Assembly: GCA_030867685.1 (NCBI GenBank)
Contig: JAQOWU010000007.1
Coordinates: 2,480,001-2,544,000, forward strand
Origin: Wickerhamiella versatilis
Lineage: Eukaryota
Direction of reading: 5' to 3'
DNA length: 64,000 nucleotides
The notes below the pieces were generated by a model. The model saw only the letters and a list, made by a program, of their open reading frames with translations, was not told the DNA's origin and did not search any database. Numbering within the stretch: the stretch's first letter is position 1; every line of letters starts with the position of its first letter. Of this stretch, positions 56,007-64,000 are shown in pieces. The position numbers and the translations under genes were made by a program.

Positions 56007-57079
56007 TGTCTGAGTTTCGTGTTGACGTTTCGTTAAATATATAACTCATAAGGAAAAATAAGCATCAATTTATTATTATTATTAATAAGTGTAAATGAGC
56101 AATAAATCTGAATATTATACTCAGATCTCATGCATGTCGCACATGATCTTCGGATGACCATATGGCAACATCTATGTAAAATGACGCTAATACATTTAAA
56201 TACTATAGAGCCATTTCACATGCTTCCAGAGGCATAGTGCTCCATGCTTGTATGTCATTTCGTCAACAACTTCCCATCTCTAAGGTCGGATTCGCGTATT
56301 GCGCTTTCACGCTTAGCAGCAGCCTATTTTTGTTATGTAATAAACTGAGCAATTTCCACTAATCTATAATGGTTCGCTTCTGTGAGGTTTCTATGCACTG
56401 ATATTAGCTTTTGATAGCCTGAGAACCTGATTCACACCTGTATACGCTATCTTATATGTTTCAACCCCCAAAAATGTCTCATACTATTATTCAGCTGGTA
56501 ACAAGGGTTGGGCCACCCCGTCCACCATACCCCTGGAGACTTTGCAATGTCGAACCTATCCACAATCAAATTGAGAGGTCTTCCAACTTGATTGCCATCC
56601 GAGATCCTGCTATCATTAGATGCAAAGCAGATGCAATTGCTGCCAAATCAGCTGCTGCAATAGAAACTAATGTCTCAAAATTATCTAAGCTGTCTCAAAT
56701 TACAAGCGCAGCCGATGCGGAGGTGGGACGAGGCCCTGTTGAGGTTCTATGTGCAATATCATAGTGACAAAACACCGAAATTAGGTTTTTAGGTGGAATG
56801 TCTATTAGAAGTGGAATTGTTGGATCTCTATAGCAGAGATTCCGGAAAGGAGCCCCTTGGTTGGTCAGATAATCACTTTATCTAAAAATAATATAATTAC
56901 CAATCGGTATCTATGAAATTAATGAAATGGAGCATGAGCGATGGTCTTCTCGAAGCTATACCAGCCTAGAAACCTAAAAGCTTCAAATTCTAGCAATGCT
57001 GTTTTATGGTTGACTTGATTTTTCAGGTATCATAAATACAGTATTTAAATGGTCTAGACCAGTCATCGCTCGTTTGCAA

Positions 57080-57340
57080 ATGCAATTCGCCACTCTTTGG
57101 ATTCTCGCATCCGCCGCACGTGCTGCCCAATCGACGTTCGATCCTCGAGGGTCTTGGCAATATATTTCATACCATTCAAATTTGGCCATCTTGCTGTGCC
57201 TTTTTTTAATAATAATGGGCTATCTTGAATTGTGCAACCAATCTCAGGTAGCCAAGCTGAGGATGCGTTTTATAAGTCTGGAACGTTACCGATTCCGGCA
57301 CTTCTTTGGAAGAAGAGAAATCATACTATATCTCCTGTAG
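57080..57340 (+). CDS. Possible small single-pass membrane protein
   Basis: ATG at 57080; signal-like MQFATLWILASAARA, one TM segment, basic tail. Confidence 0.35.
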   Translation: MQFATLWILASAARAAQSTFDPRGSWQYISYHSNLAILLCLFLIIMGYLELCNQSQVAKLRMRFISLERYRFRHFFGRREIILYLL

Positions 57341-57791
57341 CAATATGTGATATACTAAGCATTCATACCTCCACATTCTCTAGTGTAATTACTATCCTAG
57401 AAAGTAAGAAATTAAATCTGGGGTTGTGTCTCATCCGATTGAAGTGATAGTTAGATTCTTACGTGCAAAACTAGTTTATCTTGCATTATCTTGTTGGACT
57501 TACGTAAATACTTCTGTCGAGCCTTCGTATTTCACGCTAAATGCAAAATGAGGACCGCACGTTTTCTGGTTTGTTGGCCTTCCATTGGAAGCTCTTGGAC
57601 AGCCAATTGTTCCAAATAATCCCTTTCCCCTAGTGTTGCTCTCCGGAATTATCGCCATTTACCAAGTCTCAGATATAGCGTTTAGCACACTCATATCGAA
57701 TGGTCAAAGACATTCGTGTACGCCGAATCTAAATCAGTATTTTGCACATTAACGACAAAACAATAAGGGTTATATTAAATCGCTAGTGAGC

Positions 57792-58451
57792 TCAAACTTG
57801 TTTAATTTTTACATAATGATAACCGGGACCTGGCTCCTCTCCTCCATCAACAGATGCATAAAGAGAACTGATCAATGGAATAGGCATAGAGTAGAATGCG
57901 TCGTCAGTCTTACCATTACTAGCAAGATAGCCATCCACCACTGAGATATTCTTCGGGTTCCAGTTTGTTGAATGTAAAATTGAATCGAGTCCATTAGCTA
58001 TAAGTAATACCGCGTTGTATAGCACCAGAGTATGCTTATTATCGTCCGTTTCATACATACCAAGAACATATTCGATCGGTCCAACATTAGTCTTGTACCA
58101 ATTGAAGTGTTCATCGTACTCAAAGGAAGCTGGTGTGTCAAAAATGTCCGCTTCAAAGTCCAAGTTTTCAGATCTAATGACATTCAGATACTTTCCGTTG
58201 TTAGAATCATCGGACTCAATCTGGAATTTTATTCCAGTGGAAGCAGATGTAGGGGTAGAGGCAGAAGAAGCTGTGGAATCACTTACAGAAGATACCACAC
58301 TCGTAGGGGCGCTTGTTCCGTTTGAATAACTCGTGGTTTTGGTGTCCGGACCAATCGCAGTTGTCCCAGTAGTGGCGTCAGCATAGGGGGAAAGAGTGTA
58401 GAAATTAAAGCTGCCGAGAGCTCCAGTGAGAAACAACAGATGGTAGTACAT
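57792..58451 (-). CDS. Secreted/cell-wall protein with an S/T-rich N-terminal region and a beta-rich C-terminal domain
   Basis: Signal peptide MYYHLLFLTGALG, S/T linker, 219 aa, no GPI signal. Confidence 0.8.
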   Translation of the reverse strand: MYYHLLFLTGALGSFNFYTLSPYADATTGTTAIGPDTKTTSYSNGTSAPTSVVSSVSDSTASSASTPTSASTGIKFQIESDDSNNGKYLNVIRSENLDFEADIFDTPASFEYDEHFNWYKTNVGPIEYVLGMYETDDNKHTLVLYNAVLLIANGLDSILHSTNWNPKNISVVDGYLASNGKTDDAFYSMPIPLISSLYASVDGGEEPGPGYHYVKIKQV

Positions 58452-59541
58452 TAGTTTTAATGTGTGTTGTTCGCGGTATTTCTACTTTGTTAGTGCTTAT
58501 GACCGAAGTCGCGTAATATCGTGGTAAGGGTAGGAAACTTCCGCCCTCATCTGAGATTGATGGCTTCGACTGTTCACTGGTATACAGAAGCAAGTCAGCG
58601 GATATTTGGCTCAAACATATAGATTATCTCCCAATACACGCAGTGCCATTATTGTGATAGCATGTAGCGTTATGTGGGGTAAATATAGCGTCGTCTCGCT
58701 GCATTCGTCATATTTATATAATCTATTACCATCAGTATCTTGTAATGTACCGCGGTCCAGTCCAGTATCCAAAATTTACAGTAAACACAGTATCAGCATA
58801 TGCTATTATGATAAGAGTTAGTGAAGTGAGCTATCTTATATTGTACCACCAGCTTGGGTAGGGGATATAGGTGGCCCGCCCGGTCTATGGGTACGGTCAT
58901 CTTGCATTCTAGTATTAGGTGATGACAAAGGTAGTCATCAATCATGGATGCCAGCCTATAAATGGTTGCTGTTTTTCATATATCCGCAACCAGAGTGATA
59001 AAACTGTTGGACTAACATGAGTCTCATCTCTGACCGCTATATAACTATAGTATATGCAGGTCGCATGAGCTCATGACAGATATTTATTCAGACATCTTCG
59101 AACTGTATATATATTGGTGTAGCTCCTCGAAACCTTAGAAGATCTTGCATCTTCCAACCAGCATACACCACATGCTAGTCATCTTGTGATCTCCGTAAAT
59201 GGGCGATTATTGATAAATGGCGTTGGTCACTGGAAGAAGAAGTATGAGGCATTTCACAGGATTAACGTAAGTAACTCTACTACAGTCCACTCTAATTTAC
59301 ATTTGAATGTATTTTGTTTTCAAGGAAGGATTAAATAGCATTTAGCTATAGAACCATAGACAGTGGATTGGACGACGCAACATAACTACTTAACTATCTG
59401 ATGCTTGATTAAAATGAGGAGTAGAGTTGGTATAACCTTTTCAGCCGAATTCTCGTACATTCATGACCGGATCGTCTTTAAACGTAAGCAATGCACGGAT
59501 TATTATATTACCTGCAGAGATGATAGTAGTGGGGAGGAGGG

Positions 59542-59970
59542 ATGAGTAAAACGTGGCTTATCGCAGGTACGTCCATCGGAATTGGACCGCTGCTTATAGA
59601 AGTACTACTTGAGAGAGGCGACATGGTTATTGCCACCCTAATAAGGCCAGGTGAACTAGATGGGACGTAGAAAGAGTATGGTGAGAACCTACAGGGCATG
59701 AAACTCGATAGAACAGACACAGATGGCATAAGAAGAGTCGTTAGGGATATATTCATTCGCACGAGGCACATTGACCTTGATGTAAGTAACGATGAATGTA
59801 GAATATCCGGGGCAGAGGAATAAGCCACAGATAAAAAGGCTGAACGCCAGATTTTCATAAACCTTATCGAGTCAATCCAGCTAGATCGTGGGACGATATC
59901 GGATCTCCGTAAACAGGGTACGGGACAAATTGAGCAAACATCGAAAGGGGGAACATGCAAGACATGGTAA
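59542..59970 (+). pseudogene. Bacterial-type classical short-chain dehydrogenase/reductase pseudogene (N-terminal half)
   Basis: Manual translation: MSKTWLIAGTSIGIGPLLIEVLLERGDMVIATLIRPGELDGT*KEYGENLQGMKLDRTDTDGIRRVVRDIFIRTRHIDLDVSNDECRISGAEE*ATDKKAERQIFINLIESIQLDRGTISDLRKQGTGQIEQTS. Collinear with bacterial SDRs of the MSKTWFITGASSGFGR...NLIGSIQ...LRRQGGGRIVQVSS type. Confidence 0.85.
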
Positions 59971-60266
59971 ATACACATTCTCACTCGAACATTCATAGTA
60001 CATCGTAAATATAAGCGGCATTGCAATCTCGCAAATAAGTATATGATACGAATTTATTAATACTAGTGTTGACTGTAGCGACAATCCCGGATAGTGAAAT
60101 GTTACTGGTCGGTAACAGTGCAATTGACATTTATACATATATCTTGAGCAAGTCACAAATTTAATTTACTTGCATTTGAAGAATTTGTAGCAGAAACGTA
60201 GTTGATGAGAGTATTTCTCACTGTGAGATCTGCCGCCTTCTTCTTTCGGGGTAATATGGCAAAGAT

Positions 60267-60284
60267 TCGGTCTTATCGGAATTA
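60267..60284 (+). promoter_or_regulatory. CGG-N6-CGG direct repeat (TCGGTCTTATCGGAATTA), candidate Zn2Cys6 site
   Basis: Resembles the (TCGGAGTTA)3 array at 63077; lies upstream of the DHA1 pump. Confidence 0.45.
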
Positions 60285-60425
60285 AAACCTGCTTACACAT
60301 CATCACAGCACTATGACAAAGAATTAATCCACAAGTCACCCTAATTTACTGGTAGTCCCAAATATTTCGGGTTAGGAAATGATATATATATAAACTTCGC
60401 AGTTCAAGCAGCGGAAAAAAGAGTT

Positions 60426-61988
60426 ATGCAACCGCATCTGACTTCAAATCATTGTATTCTGGGTCACTCGCACGGACAAAGGTCTGGTTCAGACAATAAT
60501 ATGTCTGACAGAATAGTGCCCCAAGAGGTGCAACGGCAGGTGCCATACAGTGCACTCAATACTCAGCTCCGCATCTGCATCTCCATTATTCTAACTATCG
60601 CAGGAATAATATCTCCTCTCACGGCAAGCATATTCTTTCCAGTAATTCCAGACATGGCGAGTTCGCTAGAAACTTCTGTGGAAAAAATTGATCTTTTGGT
60701 AACATACTATATGATTGTTCAAGGTATTGCCCCCTCGCTTTGGGCATCTGTTGCCGATGTGCTGGGTAGAAGAAATATATACATTAGCACATTTCTTATT
60801 TACGTGGGCACAAGCTTGGGAATCGCAAATTGCAACAGTTATAATGGAATAGCGGCTCTCCGTGCTTTTCAAGCTTTTGGGTCTTCACCAGTTATTGCAA
60901 TTGGGGCAGGGTCCATAGGTGACTTGTTCTCACCTGCGGAACGTGGCTTCTATATTGGAATTTTTTCGGTAGGGGTACAGATAGGACCTGCTGGAGGACC
61001 AATATTTGCAGCACTACTAGCGCAGCGTTGGGGTTGGCATTCGATATTCTATTTCCTTTCATGTCTTGCAGTACTTGTTATGGTCCTTATCGGTGCATTT
61101 ATTCCAGAGACGTTAAGATCTATCGCTTGGAATGGAAGTGTCAAGCCAAAGTCGAAATGGCACCGTTCGTGGATGTCCCTTGGTGCTGAGATCGTTACTG
61201 GAAATGATGAGTTTACTTATCGTGAAGTTCCAGAATTTGCAACTGATATACCGCAACGAAAAAGCTGGCGAGATATCAGGCCGTGGTTATCCTTCGAGCT
61301 GCTAGTCACGAATTTGCAGATGACGAGTTTAGTTGGTGTAGCAGCAATACTATTCGGCTTATTCTATTGTATTCAAGTTAGTATGTCCAGTCTTTATCAG
61401 AGCGAATACCACCTGACACTCATAGAGGTTGGTCTCTGTTTTTTGCCCACCGGATTTGGAAGTATGCTGGGAGCAATGTTCAACGGACGCTTCCTGAACT
61501 GGGAATTTGAGCGCCTAAAAGTATTGTGTAAGAACCAGGAATGCGAAGAGACAGACTTGCAAGATTTCCCCCTAGAGAGAGCACGTTTTCGGCTAATCCC
61601 TATTCACATTTGTCTCTGCTCTTTTACAGCATTGATCTACGGATGGTGCGTGGAAAAGCATGTTAGCATAGCAGTACCATTAGTGATGCAGGTGATATTT
61701 GGATTCTGCTTCACAGGCGTGTCCAATAGTATCAGCACCTACTTGGTCGATATCAACCCAACTTCGAGCTCATCTTCCTCTGCAGCAAATAATCTTACAC
61801 GTTGCCTATTTGGAGCGGCATGTACCGGATTTATCAATCCTTTGATGAACGCGATAGGTACTGGGTGGACATTTACTTTTTTCTGTTTCTTAGTACTCAG
61901 CACTCTGCCAGTTATCATTCTTCAATTCAAATATGGGAAAAAGTGGCGTGAGAGACGACTCAAAAAGGGTCAGGGGCAAAATACATAG
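60426..61988 (+). CDS. DHA1-family MFS drug:H+ antiporter (Qdr/Aqr1-like); true start may be 60501
   Basis: ISPLTASIFFP, YMIVQGIAPSLWASVADVLGRR, IGDLFSPAERG, GWHSIF, PETLRSI, FPLERAR, NNLTRCLFGA. Confidence 0.93.
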   Translation: MQPHLTSNHCILGHSHGQRSGSDNNMSDRIVPQEVQRQVPYSALNTQLRICISIILTIAGIISPLTASIFFPVIPDMASSLETSVEKIDLLVTYYMIVQGIAPSLWASVADVLGRRNIYISTFLIYVGTSLGIANCNSYNGIAALRAFQAFGSSPVIAIGAGSIGDLFSPAERGFYIGIFSVGVQIGPAGGPIFAALLAQRWGWHSIFYFLSCLAVLVMVLIGAFIPETLRSIAWNGSVKPKSKWHRSWMSLGAEIVTGNDEFTYREVPEFATDIPQRKSWRDIRPWLSFELLVTNLQMTSLVGVAAILFGLFYCIQVSMSSLYQSEYHLTLIEVGLCFLPTGFGSMLGAMFNGRFLNWEFERLKVLCKNQECEETDLQDFPLERARFRLIPIHICLCSFTALIYGWCVEKHVSIAVPLVMQVIFGFCFTGVSNSISTYLVDINPTSSSSSSAANNLTRCLFGAACTGFINPLMNAIGTGWTFTFFCFLVLSTLPVIILQFKYGKKWRERRLKKGQGQNT

Positions 61989-62212
61989 CATGGTATGATT
62001 TATATTTTAATAGCAGTTAATTTGCGACCACGGTAGGTTCTCGATATGTAGAACCTTGCAAGAGGTTCGGGAAAGGATTGGGACTTTAGAGGAAGTACAT
62101 TGAGTTATTGACCAAGGCTGAATTCGATTAACTGCTGATAGTATCCCCAGGTTGCGAGAGCGAGCTTTCGCCGCCTTAATCTTAAAGAGGTAGCTTAGAT
62201 ATATAATAGGTG

Positions 62213-62950
62213 TTAACGCAATAGGCCATGCTGATTTATTTTAAACCACCAGAGTTGATCATCAAAGGCTTTTTCCTTAGCAATTCTGTCAACTCGCTTG
62301 GTAGGATCACCACGAACTGCAAAGCCATGGCGGACACCGCTTGCCAACGTAATGTGGTAGAAAACACTATTCTCACGTAAAACTTCCTCAAACTCAACCC
62401 TAATTTTCGGTGAGAAAATAGGATCCACCTCCGCTGCGCTGACAAGCAGAGGGCCACTGTCGGATGATAGCCTTTTCAGATCTACCACGTCCACAGAAGA
62501 GGGATGGGCAATGGCGCCGGCCTGTAACTCACCACATGCAAGCTGCTTAATGACAAATGGTGCACCATAACAATAACCGATGGCACCAATGAATTTACGA
62601 GGAGAACGTTTAACCCAGTTGATAGTAGCTTCAGATAAAGGTAGAGTGTTTGAAATACTATGCTTCTCCTTCCATTCTGGGGTGAGGGTACCACCTGGTC
62701 TTAGCGAATCACCCTTAAACAGGTCAGGAACAATAACAAAATAGTTCTCTTTGGCGAAGGAGTCAGCAATCAACTGTGTATTCACGAAGCTATGGCCAAA
62801 TATATCAGAATAGATAATGATGACCTGAGAAGCGGATTTGTTGCCGCTTGCATAGGCTTCAATATCTTCGATTCTGATGAATTCACCTAAAGGAGTACCA
62901 GTGTGTTTGATGCCTTCTGTGCAACATTTATCGAGAGTTTTGGAGGCCAT
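62213..62950 (-). CDS. Dienelactone hydrolase family protein (Aim2-like)
   Basis: CCTEGIKHTGTPLG, DIFG, PDLFKGD, nucleophile GYCYG, SAAEVD, HGFAVRGD. Confidence 0.92.
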   Translation of the reverse strand: MASKTLDKCCTEGIKHTGTPLGEFIRIEDIEAYASGNKSASQVIIIYSDIFGHSFVNTQLIADSFAKENYFVIVPDLFKGDSLRPGGTLTPEWKEKHSISNTLPLSEATINWVKRSPRKFIGAIGYCYGAPFVIKQLACGELQAGAIAHPSSVDVVDLKRLSSDSGPLLVSAAEVDPIFSPKIRVEFEEVLRENSVFYHITLASGVRHGFAVRGDPTKRVDRIAKEKAFDDQLWWFKINQHGLLR

Positions 62951-63076
62951 TGGGGTCCGACTGGTGTGAATGTGAAGATGTAGTTTTCCTTATTCAACCA
63001 TTTATCGTAAGTTATATGTGTATGATTACATTGCTCCGCCTCCTCCTTGTTCCTCCCGTCCTGCGCTGAGGTTAAC

Positions 63077-63103
63077 TCGGAGTTATCGGAGTTATCGGAG
63101 TTA
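63077..63103 (+). promoter_or_regulatory. (TCGGAGTTA)x3 perfect tandem array in the DLH/TF bidirectional promoter
   Basis: Read directly from the sequence; CGG triplets at 9-bp period; overlaps the palindrome TAACTC-G-GAGTTA at 63073-63085. Confidence 0.6.
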
Positions 63104-63159
63104 TGATAATTGCTTATGAAAACTATGTCTATTGGTAAGCATAATAATTTGCTGATGTC

Positions 63160-64000
63160 ATGCCTCCTATTGCAGCCAGAACTGGCAGCAGGAGGCGTCG
63201 ACACTATGCTTGCGAACGCTGTCGTTCACAAAAATTGAGATGTTATTTTGCTACAAGAACTTCAGTAGCTTGCGCCCGTTGCATTCAGTGTAATGTTGAG
63301 TGCACTGGGCGAGGTAGCTTCGATCAAATTCAGCTACCACAAGGACAAAATCCGGGAGGGTCATCTCTGTTAAACAACTTGCTAGTATTGCGCACGCAGC
63401 TAACCAACTTAGGTGATACTCCGCTTAGAAGAGCAATAGCGGTTGGTGCCTATACTTGGGATGAGGTCGAAGAAATGTATACATTTTTTAGAACATCAAA
63501 TATGTCACTGCTATCGGATATGGGCGATTGGGGATCCATAGTAGAAATAGATACAAAATCCCCTCAGTTTGCTATTGCGATCGTGAGCGTAGTGGCTATG
63601 TCGATATCTTTGCCTGAAGTGCAGAAGCAGCATAGCCGTGAGTTCTTCCTCGGCGAAATCTGGGAGCATGTGCGCTCCGAGAACTCTTGGGACACATTTT
63701 GTGCTCTTGCGGTAATCTGTGGTTACAGATTGCCCTATGCAGAGCTTGGTATTTCGCACTTATATACCCTTAATGGTATTATGGCGGCTCTAAGTGCAAG
63801 ACTAACAGACGCACAGGTTGATCTTATGAGAAAAACATGCATTTCTGTCACGATACCTTATGCATTTCTTGATTCTTTTGTTCCTATTGCCGGACTAATT
63901 CCAGTTGAACACCCCTCGCCTGACAATGACAGTGTTGCATCACAGGTGCTACAAGCATATTATGACTTTAGGAAGTGTGTCAGAGATATAAATGAGGCAC
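63160..64000 (+). CDS. Zn(II)2Cys6 fungal transcription factor, 5' part; runs off the window
   Basis: Not in the track. MPPIAARTGSRRRRHYACERCRSQKLRCYFATRTSVACARCIQCNVEC; the frame stays open to 64000. Confidence 0.9.
   Translation, partial: MPPIAARTGSRRRRHYACERCRSQKLRCYFATRTSVACARCIQCNVECTGRGSFDQIQLPQGQNPGGSSLLNNLLVLRTQLTNLGDTPLRRAIAVGAYTWDEVEEMYTFFRTSNMSLLSDMGDWGSIVEIDTKSPQFAIAIVSVVAMSISLPEVQKQHSREFFLGEIWEHVRSENSWDTFCALAVICGYRLPYAELGISHLYTLNGIMAALSARLTDAQVDLMRKTCISVTIPYAFLDSFVPIAGLIPVEHPSPDNDSVASQVLQAYYDFRKCVRDINEA

Noticed and set aside
56456..56764. 102-aa Ala-rich ORF upstream of the CAR gene
   Set aside because: No recognisable motif on either strand; cannot be supported as a gene.
59508..60026. 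172-aa minus-strand ORF
   Set aside because: Antisense of the SDR pseudogene on the + strand; no protein-like features.
1..64000. tRNA/rRNA genes and intact transposons
   Set aside because: Scattered GTTCGA hexamers lack cloverleaf context; no transposase, RT or integrase ORF seen by eye. A tRNAscan-SE/Infernal run would be needed to exclude ncRNAs.

Overview
Intron-poor budding-yeast DNA with the standard genetic code (CTG = Leu in the conserved AOX motif FLESIAG). Alternative oxidase, compact promoters and several bacterial-type genes suggest a Trichomonascaceae/Wickerhamiella-Starmerella-like yeast; this is inference. The window looks like a subtelomeric-type accessory region built from modules. 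(1) A sulfur-scavenging run: Mup1-like permease, TauD/Jlp1 dioxygenase, UNC-93-like MFS, OPT and Dal5-family MFS, with TCACGTG sites. (2) AOX and a 1471-aa GPI adhesin. (3) A Cps1 pseudogene next to a bacterial-type frlB/frlD fructosamine-catabolism pair sharing a 138-bp bidirectional promoter. (4) Two GH5 exo-glucanases bracketing two acid phosphatases and a secreted EEP enzyme, with GCACGTG sites. (5) A head-to-head pair of paralogous secreted helical proteins flanked by ~167-bp direct repeats. (6) A YeeE/YedE transporter and a PKA catalytic subunit. (7) A chimeric carboxylic acid reductase: fungal 4CL-like A domain fused to an actinobacterial CAR T-R didomain, with Gly at the Asp switch position. 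(8) A bacterial-type SDR pseudogene. (9) A DHA1 pump, dienelactone hydrolase and Zn2Cys6 TF module with shared CGG-N6-CGG sites. A ~33-bp dispersed motif recurs about a dozen times in intergenic DNA. All homology calls are by eye from remembered family motifs; no searches were run.
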